Shown here piece by piece: positions 53,301 to 64,000 of a DNA stretch of 64,000 nt. The position numbers and the translations under genes were made by a program. The notes beneath the pieces are model-generated. The model did not search any database and had not been told where the DNA came from. It saw only the letters and a list, made by a program, of their open reading frames with translations. This DNA comes from Ancylonema sp. (Eukaryota), in the NCBI GenBank assembly GCA_050230475.1, contig JBFLGF010000015.1, positions 62,001 to 126,000 of the forward strand, read 5' to 3'. How positions within the stretch are numbered: position 1 is the stretch's first letter; each line of letters begins with the position of its first letter.

Positions 53301-55152
53301 AATGTTCCACATGTCCAAATTCGTTGGAAAAAAAAAAATGGTCTCCCCGATAAATTTATTTATACAAACACACGAGGGTTTGTCGAAGGAAAATTTTAGC
53401 GTCCTTTTAAGGTTTATTATATAAAGGTTTTAGTGTAAACGCTTATCAAATCCTCCGCCAAAGGGCACCGAAAGGTGGCCCCGCACGGCGAAAGAGTACA
53501 TACTATCACATTAGTAAATAAGAGTACATAAGACTAATTTTGATAGAAAACTCGGTGGATAGTCCAAGTTCACCGCCCCCGCAGTCCATGCAGACTCAGA
53601 GTCGTCGGGGCTTTCGCTTTCCAAATTTCCTCGCTAATCTATGGTCATAAACTAAACCGCACACCGTAGCCACCTCATCAATATCGCGTCCGGTGGAGCA
53701 TCGTGGCCGTCGATTCTTAGATCCGGTACATAATATATAGATCGCGGTCGTTCAATATTAGCGAAATGTACGACGGGGTTTCTCGCTCGAAAATTCACCA
53801 ACACCCGTCAATACTTAGATTTTTTTAAAGCTTCACCGGAATGTCGCATCGCGGTCGTTCATTGTTTTCGACGGGATCTGGGCCGCGTTGTCTCACCTTC
53901 TCTGATTCGTCGACCTCATGGAACTCACCGGACTTAGTATTCCATGCGGACAACATTCCCATGATGTTGCCATGGTGCTTAGAAAATGGCAAGTCCATCG
54001 AATGTTGTCTAATCCCGACCCTAGTTTGTGGAAATCGCCGAGATGCGACCTCGGTTCGTGGTGCAAATAGGAATCCGTCGGGAGTAGGCCGACTATAGTT
54101 GATGCTCTAAGGAGGGTCATCTATTATGTGGCTGAATTCCCAAAGAGGATTTATGCCCCATATTGTTTTGTGCGCTGAAAATGGCGTTGAAACGGACTAG
54201 CGGGAGGAGTGGGCCATGTGGTGGTTTCGTCATTTGCTGGACGAGAGGGATTCGGGTCCAACCAAAGGGTTTGACAAGCTGTTGGTTCAACCTAAACACA
54301 ACAAATATAAATATTTGTGCCAGTTTGACCAACTCTTACGACGGATGCCCAAGTGGCAATTTAATGGATGTCGTTTGAATTATGATCACCAAGTGTGGTG
54401 CCGTTAGCCATATGATGGTGCAAACACGCGCGGATGGAAAATTAGGCTCTAAATTGCTTTCTGGGGGATTACTAACTTCAAATCCTTATTTAGGGGTTGC
54501 ACTTCAATAGCTAAATTGCTAAGGTAGATATGTTTTTCGGGTTCTTGGGCACTTTTGAACACACTGGTACACCTGAATTTTTTTTCATTCCAACGGATAA
54601 ATGTGTTTCAAGCATGATTTCAAAACGATTAGACAAAACGGGAATCACCACGTTTATAAGGGCATGTTTGCTATATCATTCGCTATATCATGCTCTTACA
54701 CCATTTTGGTAACTCAAAAACGCATTTTACCCCCGACATTTATTTGAGCGTATGGTATTTTTGGTAAACTCGGAACGAAATTGGTGTCTCAAAAAACAAT
54801 GATGAACAAAAATGAAATCGAAGTGATAATCAAAGAGAGATCGTTGATTGCGTAGTGACTCAATAACGTAATATATCACCGCATTTTTTATATACATTGA
54901 CACTTATTTTATAGTCTACAAAAACGAACGTGGATAAATGATAAATCAAGAGAGTTTCGTTCATCACAATTCGGAGGGGAAAGTCGCGTGTCCAAGTAAA
55001 CGGTCGTGCAAGGAAATTGATGGCATTGATTAAATTATGTTACAATGCCATTTACCCTTCCACTCGTTTGAGACTTTTGGGAAGGGGGCGAAGGACACGC
55101 AAGATGGTATTTCCTCCAAAGAGGAAATGGAGGATCCGACGGGTAGGGATGG

Positions 55153-56116
55153 TGTCACGACGTCTGAGATCGTTAGCTATTTTACCCCTAATATCTACTA
55201 AATCTCTCCCTATACGAAATCACGTATGCGCCGCGCCAAATCAAGAGTTCCGCCGCACTACAACTTCCGCCCCGCTCGCCGGCCCCGCTCCCGAGCTCCA
55301 GTTGTCAACCTGCGCCCCCGCTCAATATTTGAATTATATTTGCTTAGCATTTGTTATCCGTCGATCCGACGTGGCACCTTTGTACTAGTCAGCAGTCAAC
55401 TTGTGATGACTTGTCATAAATGTTAGCCGTCGATGAATATCCGACGATAGATATTGTAGATAAGAATTGCGCGCGAGACATATTTCTTGAGATTGAATTG
55501 TAGATCGACACGCGTCTAGCGTCGTCTGTAGAAGTTTGAATATTACCTTTGTACTTCGAACTCAGAATTCAGCTTTCGCTGGAATCTAACGCTAAGCTGA
55601 AGAGACTTGCATCCTATCTTGCCCTCGTGTAATCTGTATCTCTGTCTATTGTGCTTTGCCTTGCAATCTGCTTACTTGCATAGTGTGTTTATTATCATTG
55701 TTGCTTGCACATCCGAGTTGTCGCTCATTGTGCTTTAGTTTGTTTACTTCGCTTTCGCGAATTACCCTTTGTGCTCATTTACACGACGCAAGTCAAAGCT
55801 ACGCTCAGTTTGCAGCCTCAAAGTCCTTTGCTGCACATTACAAGTAATTGAGACTTACACATAAGTAGCTGATCGCTGACCAATAGCTACAATGTTCTTA
55901 CTTAGTTTTTGTATTGCTTCACACTCTTTTAGAATTCTCAAAGTGTCGATAGCATTGTCTTCTTGCCCGCAGCGAGAGAGTAACGAGTCAAGTTACCGTT
56001 CCTGCCGACGTTTCGGTGATCGTTTACGATCACTGCCGCGATTCAAGCGTGCCAAACTCCTTAGATTCAGCGAAAGGGCCTCTGGCCATCAACTTTCCAA
56101 GGATTCTACACTTACA
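55153..56116 (+). repeat. F-related LTR in the opposite orientation, followed by probable leader sequence
   Basis: tgtcacgacgtctgagatcg approximates the reverse complement of the F terminus and is preceded by a purine-rich tract. The right boundary is tentative (PBS-like aggcgacca). Confidence 0.55.
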
Positions 56117-57895
56117 AGGCGACCAAAAGTTTTGCGTCGACGTCTACCGCAAGGTAAATAGCTGAAATTGCCTATAATATTTTTTTCCTGCCATCAATCT
56201 TGTGTGCTCTCAGCGCTGCGCGCTACTACAGCTAGAGGTATAAAATTTGTTCGTGCTCATTTTTCAGTGAACTTTGTTTCGATCTGCGTGTCGCGTTACA
56301 AAATTCTACAAATTTTGTGAAGAATTGTTTCGTGTAAAATTGCCACGTTGCAAAATCTATATTTTTTTGCAGAAATTCGTGAACCTGTACTCTGTGAACT
56401 TGTCATATTGCCTGGATTCAAAACTTATAAAAAAAACGAAAAAAAAAGTTGTGTGCTGATCTTATCTGGCATCTTAGACATCCAGCAGTCTTTGCTGTTG
56501 TTAGGTTGCTTAGATTTGCATCATATCCTAGACACTTGTGTGCCCACTTGCATCGTTGTATATCGATTTTTGCATCTGGCATCTGGCAAGTTACGATTTT
56601 ACCGTTGTCACGTCTATAGCGACACCCCAATTTCTGAAACAAAAGGATCCTATTGCGGGTCAAACAACATTTTTACACAGTACGACCCTTTAGCGGTCAA
56701 CCACTTTTACACACCAAACAAAAACTTGTCTGATCGGATCAGCAAGTTCGGCAGTCCGAAGGAAAAACCGTGCCTCAAATCCGTAACCTTGAGACTTGCC
56801 AGCTCGTTGGGATTGCGCAGGCGGTATAAAAAGTCCGTAACTTGCAAACCAACGATGGTCAAACCTTGCTAACTTGTCTGATCACTCCACGGAGTGTTTT
56901 TGTAGCAGTGAGGCCGGTGTTACAAACTACCATTTCAGACGCTTCTATCCGGTATAAATCTTACCCTGTGTACCACCTTCGGGTTGCACTCTCCCCAATC
57001 TCTTAACATTAGAGAGGCTGTTAACTTTACCCCGTGATTTATCACATTCCCCTCGAGTGACCCTGACCCGTTCACTTGGAAGCTGCCTTACACTAGTCTT
57101 TGTAATTTGGAAGTGCTCTTGCAAAATACATTTCTCGACTGCATTGACTACTCTCTGTCATAGATTTTTCATCTGGTTACCAGTGGTTCGCTTACATTGA
57201 GCTCCTTCTCTATCCCCTGTGAGGACCTAGTGCCCACCTGATCTTCCTATAAAGGTTACACCTGAGATTCGATCTCTTTCCCCCTCTCAGATAGCCCCAC
57301 GGCTCAGAGATTTACCACGCCTATCCGGGGGTACCACGTGGTGCCAGTACTTACTCCGTATCGAACGCGTGGGGCTTGTTACACCACCCCTTGTTCACAG
57401 GGGTGTTTTACACGCTTCTACACATTATTTTTGCTTGCAAAATCAACTCATATAATTCACATTTGAGCTAAAACATTGCACTTTGTGTTTTAAATAAGCA
57501 TTTTTGCAATTCAACTGGAATTGTTAATTCAATAACATTTACAAGGAGCGCGACATCAACGAGTGGAGGAGTGCAACTTCTGCATCGAACTCGTCGATTT
57601 TTGCTACGAACAACTTACATTACAAACTACTGGAACCTGCCTACATCAAATTATGAGGGGAAGTACAGGTCAACTCGATCGACTCGAAGTCATCGACAAA
57701 TTTAGTGAAGTTGCGCTTCAATTCAAACTCTGCACACGAACCGGATATCAACCACGATGCATCGCAGAGTAGTTCCATCTTACACGGACCCTCACCTATT
57801 AGAGGTTGTCTACCCTCTGCCTGCACTACGCAAAATATTTACGAACGCCAAATCAGTGCACGCAATCGATACTACACCATGGAAGAGAGCTGACG

Positions 57896-58094
57896 TGCCA
57901 GATGGAGTCGGCACACAACGTGTCGACGGAATATCACAAAAACTGAAAAATCGACAGATTTTGGGAAAATCTGGTAAACATGACTTTTTATGGTTTTCTT
58001 CGCCGATGATGTTGACGGATAGTAGTTGATGACTTGGTTGCTTTCATGGAGTTTGCAGCATCTTGATTGGATTTGGAGTTATCATCTCGTCTCA
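57896..58094 (-). repeat. 199-bp LTR of element G (isolated copy)
   Basis: Five mismatches to 59006-59204 by eye; TG...CA termini; flanks are not duplicated. Confidence 0.88.
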
Positions 58095-59005
58095 CTAGAG
58101 TAGATTGGTGTAGGTTGAGTCCCTACTGACCACACAATAATGTATTCAAGCACGGTATGTGACTTATCAACGAAGTTTGCCGTAGCTACTACTCGCCGAA
58201 AGCTAAGATGCACTCAACGCAAAGTATTGGGAGGTCTCTGGAAACAATACTAGGGTTAATGAAGAATTGCTAATCAGAGCACTTCACAACACGCGACAGC
58301 TACTAGTGATGGGATTCAGGGCAAATAGCTATATAATTTATACAAGGGTTGCAGAATGATTGATGATTGGTTGCTTCAGAATACGCACACGATAAGGGTC
58401 ACGATAAATCAATCGTCACGGTGAATGAACGATTCACGAATTTCAGTAACGGGTGCAAACAATTCAAAGTGTGAATTGTCTCGCTGAGTTTGCACAAAAC
58501 GGTGCATCGAATGTCAAAGGCGATGGGGCACACTTGACAACGATAGTAGACGATTCAGAATACAGGAATTCACAAAAGGAGTTTGTTGAAATTCAGACAG
58601 CGGACGCTGGAAGTTGTGAGCACAAACTTTGCTCTTAAACAATCGACGCGGCTTTTTGCACGCGGAACTTTATAGATCTTATCTTGATCTAAGGCTGAAA
58701 AAAAATATAGACTAGACATGTAATATCGACTGTCTATTCTGGAGTTCTATATTTCACACGTGTGACAGCTCACTAGTCAGGCTGACTGACTGAAATCAGC
58801 TCGGCGCGCACTCTCGGCGCGCACTAAGAATCTTCCAACTCGTCGAAAACACCGATAAGAATTAACTTCTGAAAATTGGTACACCGACTTTCTTAGATAT
58901 ACTGAACACGAAAAAAATACTTAGTTAATCCATCCGAGCTACGATTGACCACTTATAACAACAAGCTCAATTTAGCGGCTAAAATCGACAAAGTATTGGA
59001 ACTCG
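58095..59005 (-). repeat. H-subfamily LTR segment sandwiched between two G LTRs
   Basis: Colinear with 24180-25075. Confidence 0.85.
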
Positions 59006-62000
59006 TGCCAGATGGATTCGGCACACAACTTGTCGACGGAATATCACAAAAACTGAAAAATCGACAGATTTTGGGAAAATCTGGAAAACATGACTTTTTA
59101 TGGTTTTCTTCGCCGACGATGTTGACGGATAGTAGTTGATGACTTGGCTGCTTTCATGGAGTTTGCAGCATCTTGATTGGATTTGGAGTTATCATCTCGT
59201 CTCACTCCCCCTCCCAAGCTACGAAAGCTCTGCGTCGGAGGCTGGCTTACTTAGAGAGATGATGGCGACACTTTGGTTACATGCTGAATTATCTTGCGGA
59301 ATGGTGAGAGGTCACATGTGGTACGGATAGGGATTCTAGGTGAAGATGGAGTGATACCACCACGTGATGAAGGGTGATGAAGAACTCTTGACTGGAAATG
59401 GTGTCGAGTAACTGGGAAGCCACAAACTGTTGGTGAGATAGATGCAAGAAGTGATGGTACTTTGAATGCGATGTCTACCCGATGGTTGTGCCCGTGCGTT
59501 GCGAATTTTTCAGGGACTTTCTCAAAGGTGTGGTAAATCCCGTCTGTTGATTCTTCTCCGGGGTCTTTGATAAACGTGGGTAATGGTGCCCACTCATGGA
59601 GGTTAACGGAAGTATTTCGGGGTGAGAAAATCGATGGTAGTATCTCGGGGTGAGTGATGGTACCAGACTGTGACTCACGGTAAGGCATGCATGATGGTGT
59701 GATGGACAGACCATGTAGCATGTTGACTCGGTGAAGTTGCCCAATTGTTGTGTCTTTTTCTGGGACTTCCAAAAATCGTGAGTCCAAAGGCAGCAACAAG
59801 GGTAATGAGATGCATGTGGAAAGTGGTGATGAAGGTCCTGATAGAAACTCAGACAGAGTGGTTGTACCAGACTTCGTCTCCAGGTGAAGCATACAAATGG
59901 AAGTTGGTTGAGGAAGACAAGATGTTGAGGACGTGCGGAATGGTGATGCAACCCACTCTTGTTGTGGTATTGGATTTTGCGGCATCATGGTTGAACTTGC
60001 ACTCTCCCCGGGTAATGTAGATGTCTTGAACCTCGATAACTTAGTTACGGCTGATGGCAAAGGTGGTGACCATGGCACATGAAGCATGTCACTGAATGGT
60101 GGAGGATGATTCAACCCTTGGTGAAGCGGCTGAAGTTGAAGCATGTTCAGAGGGACGTTATCATTCTCTGAATCATGAACGTCCGGAGCAAGGGTGTGCA
60201 AAAATGGAATGGTTGCTTTCTCACCTTGGATGCCGGGTAATGCCAGTACATGGGGGCTGAATGAAGGTGCCCCCCCAGATTGGAGTTGGTTGGTTGTGGA
60301 TGTCGTGGATGACCGGTCCACCGATGATGAAGCTCGAACCTCGCATGATGGATTCGGAGCGTGAATAGAAACGATAGCCTTTGGGTGATCCAGTTCGAGA
60401 GCCGATACTTGGTGAATCGATGGAGTTGCACCAAGGGTGAGGCATGGATCCCGTGACTTTGTAGGCCGGAGAGTCGGACATGGGGTGAGGATGGCACTCA
60501 GTCCGAGAGGTTGTGCTACTTGCATCGCACGGAAGAGAGCATGAGGAGATGGACTTGCTTGGTTGGTAACCGACGCACCGACCCGTGTAACCGACGCGCT
60601 CATGTATGCCACCCCATAGGTTTCGAGGTATAATTTTTGGGTTACATTGAGTCCGTTGATGGTGATCGGCACCGACACGGAACGCTCTCCCTTTGAATCC
60701 CAGTCCACACGGTAGTGGAATCGATGGCCTCAGCTGTCGACGATGCCTCCGATCGGCACAAGAAACGAGTTACCGAGGAGTGTCGAGTACTTGTCAGAGG
60801 GTGACAAAGTGAGTCGAACAGGAACTTTGGTTTGGAACTTACCCTGTCCAATGGTGATCTCGTAATCCCGTTTGGTGACTCCCAAGAAAGTGGTGACCTT
60901 ACCCGAAGAGGTGAGATAATCTTCGCCAGGGTCTAAATTTGCCTTGGTGATGCCGAGTTGTTTTGCCATGGTGATGCCGATCATGCAATCACCTGACCCG
61001 GTATCCAGAACCATGTCTCCTGTGGGTTCGACTTCTTCGATGAAGAGGATCTGCTGGTTTTTCTCTATCACAAGTACTGTCCAATTGGTGGTGACGCGTG
61101 CGTCTGGTTCAATGACGGGCTTGCTGTTCTCGGGTTTCACCGTGGAATGACTCTTTGGCCCTCTTCCCTACAAAACCACTGGAATGCCAACTTGTATTTT
61201 CTACCACTCTTCCTTGGTCATGTGATCGCGTGGGCAATCTTGCCAGATATGACCGGGTTGGAAACACACGGCGCATTTGTCTTCCTCTTTTTGTGGTGAG
61301 GGATGCGATGGACCTAGTGCTATGCTAGCACAGGTGAGAGAATGATGGGACCTGGTCCATAACTCGCAACGGCAGGTGAGAATGTGACAGCCTTCTTGGT
61401 TAGCACTGTCGATGCGTCGTCTCGTGATTTCACTTTTTCCTGACTCATGAGAGAGTTGAAAATACCGACACCCGTGGCATATGCTGCTTCTTGCACATAC
61501 CGTTGGTGCTCTTCCTTCGTCATCTGCAGGTAGCGGGGTGTACTTGCTATCGACATGTTGGTGTATGACGGAACGGAAGGTGGTGACTGGGCCATCGATT
61601 TTGTGGAGGACTGGTGTCGTAAGTCGCTCCTCAAACTAGCCAGTTCAGCTTTCAAAGGGTTGATTGCTGCAGTCACGGTTGTTGTAATGTCTTTCCATGG
61701 GAGTGGTGCTGCGAGCGGAGCACTTGGTACTGCTGCGTGGTAAAGAGACTCATGAGGTGGTGAAGGTAGAGAACACGTGCACTCGTGCCTCGTTGACTTC
61801 ACGGAGTAGGCCGGATGCGGAGGTGGCCTCGTTGGTGGAGATGCTTTGCTCGAGTTGTTGAATCCGACTTACGAGCGTTGACCTTGTCGATTGCTCCTTG
61901 AGAAGGGACTCATTGAGACGTTGAAGGGCAGATCCTTTGGCTTGCTCATGTCAAAAAGCCTCTGTGAGATTGTCGATGACCGCCTGTGCGTCCAGTGAAA

Positions 62001-62820
62001 TGCGGGGAACCGGAGCAATAGGGGTGACACTATAGGATGGGACCAAGCTAGCTGGTGAGTGTTGATGTCGATCGGGTGGTTTACTTTCTCTACCGCGATC
62101 ACGCTTAGGTGAAGAGTGTGGAAGTCGCATTGGGTAAGGACACAAATCCACTTGGTGACCTTCGTTTTCACAGTTGTAACAAATCACCGATGTCCCGCCT
62201 AGGAGCCTTGGTGAGTTGTCGCATGACGGAACGTTAGGATGCTAGGGATCTGCAGACAAACTATCGAGACGCGAGGAACTAGATGGAGCTCCTTGGTTAA
62301 GCTTGCATGAACCCATTGCCGACTGAAGCTGTGGTCCGGTCTCCCTTGCTGCTCGGTACTCATAAGCAACTTTGGTGAGGGTGAGTTCGAACCTATCAAT
62401 TTTTAGCATGAAATCCTCGACTGAGATAGGTGGTGTAGGCGTCGTCTCATACATTTTTTTCTCGGTTTCCTGAATGTACCAAATATCGACCAATTCGCGT
62501 ACACCTTCCGGCAAATGCTTTTTCAGTTTCACCACAACTTGCTCTGTCGTCATCGCCATATGTTCCACAACAATCTGTGGAGGTTCTTTGAAACGATTGT
62601 ACAAAGAAGACACGGACTCTGTGGCAGACAATGGTTTGAAGTTTTGGATCTTGGTGATGTGTTAATTGATAGATTGACAAAAACGGTCACGTAGCTCCTT
62701 ACAAAAGGTGGTGTGCTCGTCAGGTTTTGCTCCGGTTAGAGGTGTCGGTCTGACCATAGCGGTGGTTAGGAATCTGCCTTGTGTCCGCCAATAATACATC
62801 TCAGAATTCTTCTCACGATG
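59006..62820 (-). mobile_element. 5'-truncated gypsy-like element G: gag-protease-long S/P-rich ORF-PPT-LTR, with no RT or IN
   Basis: Knuckles CYNCENEGHQVDLC (~62180) and CAVCFQPGHIWQDC (~61275); protease VLDTGSGDCMI..LLGNSFL (60730-61140); PPT GGGAGGGGGAG next to LTR 59006-59204. Confidence 0.82.
59251..60708 (-). CDS. 485-codon Ser/Pro/Thr-rich ORF of element G downstream of protease, function unknown
   Basis: Uninterrupted ORF in the track; its start resembles a protease C-terminal tail; no RT motifs; stops ~45 bp before the LTR. Confidence 0.5.
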   Translation of the reverse strand: MDWDSKGERSVSVPITINGLNVTQKLYLETYGVAYMSASVTRVGASVTNQASPSPHALFRAMQVAQPLGLSAILTPCPTLRPTKSRDPCLTLGATPSIHQVSALELDHPKAIVSIHAPNPSCEVRASSSVDRSSTTSTTNQLQSGGAPSFSPHVLALPGIQGEKATIPFLHTLAPDVHDSENDNVPLNMLQLQPLHQGLNHPPPFSDMLHVPWSPPLPSAVTKLSRFKTSTLPGESASSTMMPQNPIPQQEWVASPFRTSSTSCLPQPTSICMLHLETKSGTTTLSEFLSGPSSPLSTCISLPLLLPLDSRFLEVPEKDTTIGQLHRVNMLHGLSITPSCMPYRESQSGTITHPEILPSIFSPRNTSVNLHEWAPLPTFIKDPGEESTDGIYHTFEKVPEKFATHGHNHRVDIAFKVPSLLASISPTVCGFPVTRHHFQSRVLHHPSSRGGITPSSPRIPIRTTCDLSPFRKIIQHVTKVSPSSL

Positions 62821-63865
62821 GTTGTCGCGAGGAGGGAATACAGTTGTCATGATTGCTATTGAGCATTTTACGAAATGGGTCGAGTTGATTCCATTACCCG
62901 ACAGGAGCTCAGCCACAACAGCTAATGCGTATCTTGATAATGTGTTAGCACGTTTTGGTGCTCCAGCGGAGACTCTTACACACCAAGGTCCAGAATTCAT
63001 GGGAGAATTTCAAACCCTTGTGGCACAACACATCATTACACACCGCATGGCGTCCCGAGAACACCCTCAATCGGATGGCTTGGGATAAAAAATGGTCCAA
63101 ACCATGAAATTATGATTGCGGAAAACATTGCTAACGCAACACCGTGATGATTGGGATTTATTCCTTCCATACGTTGCGATGGGATACCGCATGACTTTAC
63201 AATCATCACTGGGTTACTCTCCTTACTACTTGTTGTTGGGACGTCAGCCAATCTTCCAAGCACAAATTCAACATCAAGAACACGTTCCGCTCCCAGCTTC
63301 GGACAACGAAATCTCTAGATTCATTGTTAACCGGGGTAAACTTTTTCAAGAAGTCCTGCCATTGGCAATGTGCAATTTGGCCATTGCACAACAACGCGAT
63401 TGGCACCAATACTTTCGGGTCCACGGCCAAGGATGGGACCGCCCCAAGGCGACATTCCATGTCGGACAATTCGTATAGGTCAAACGTCAAACAAAAGGAA
63501 CCCTTGACACTGCAACACACCCTCAGATCCTTCGTATCGCATAAGTACGACTTTCAGGTGTGGTCATTTTACAAGGACGGGACGGTCGCCGCATTACAGA
63601 ACAACAAAAAAATGCGTCTCCTTGCTCCATTTCCATTTTGGACAAGAACCTCAACAATCGCCTATTTTATAGCTCCGACCGCACATTATGCAGAAAATGC
63701 GGTGGACGACACGGCGAGGCACAAATGATTTGATGCGAAGATTGCGACGATGGTTACCATCTTTGGTGCCTTTCACCACCTCTCAAGGAGATCCCTACCG
63801 ACAAGTGGTTCTGCCCTATACACGCAAACCACAATCTGCCCAATAACCCAGACGTGGACGCATGA
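62821..63865 (+). pseudogene. Ty3/gypsy integrase (core + C-terminal) fused to a PHD finger, 5'-truncated
   Basis: IEHFTKWVE, HQGPEF, HPQSDG, LGYSPYYLLLGR, FHVGQFV, then [36 protein letters not shown] (from 63689). G-run PPT at 63877-63884, with a probable LTR to the window end. Confidence 0.9.
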
Positions 63866-64000
63866 CTTACCAGTCTGGGGGGGGACAGTTAGGGCAGATG
63901 CCTAGTTACACTTACAAAGTCATCGATATCGACATTCACCATTTCATGTCGATGGACTACGTTATGACGTCATACATCAAATGATTACGTCATCAACGAC

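Noticed and set aside
56348..57893. 174-aa and shorter ORFs after the plus-strand LTR
   Set aside because: AT-rich leader-like sequence with no gag motif; cannot be assigned.
57896..59204. TRIM-like mini-element
   Set aside because: No TSD, PBS or PPT inside; the right LTR belongs to element G.

Overview
Eukaryotic nuclear DNA from a green plant (streptophyte), judged from GT-AG introns and plant-type genes. No rRNA, tRNA gene or CRISPR array is supported. Three intact host genes sit on an island at ~29-48 kb: a TTC1/TPR1-like TPR gene (-), a strictosidine-synthase-like gene (+, divergent from it) and an HVA22-like gene (-). Both flanks are dominated by LTR retrotransposons. At 1-22.7 kb is a nested stack: a tandem Ty1/copia array whose two copies share a middle LTR and carry a half-tRNAiMet primer site (A), a gag-PR copia derivative (B), a pol-less LTR element with a Tf1-like self-priming signature (C), and a host copia (D). 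22.7-27 kb and 51.6-64 kb are mosaics of ~1-kb LTRs, a gag-PR-only gypsy-like element with a long Ser/Pro-rich ORF (G), and two diverged gypsy integrases ending in a PHD finger. A deleted copia (E), several MITEs and a 62-bp minisatellite lie in between. The strongest leads are the self-priming pol-less element and the integrase-PHD gypsy lineage. All coordinates were read by eye; no searches were run.
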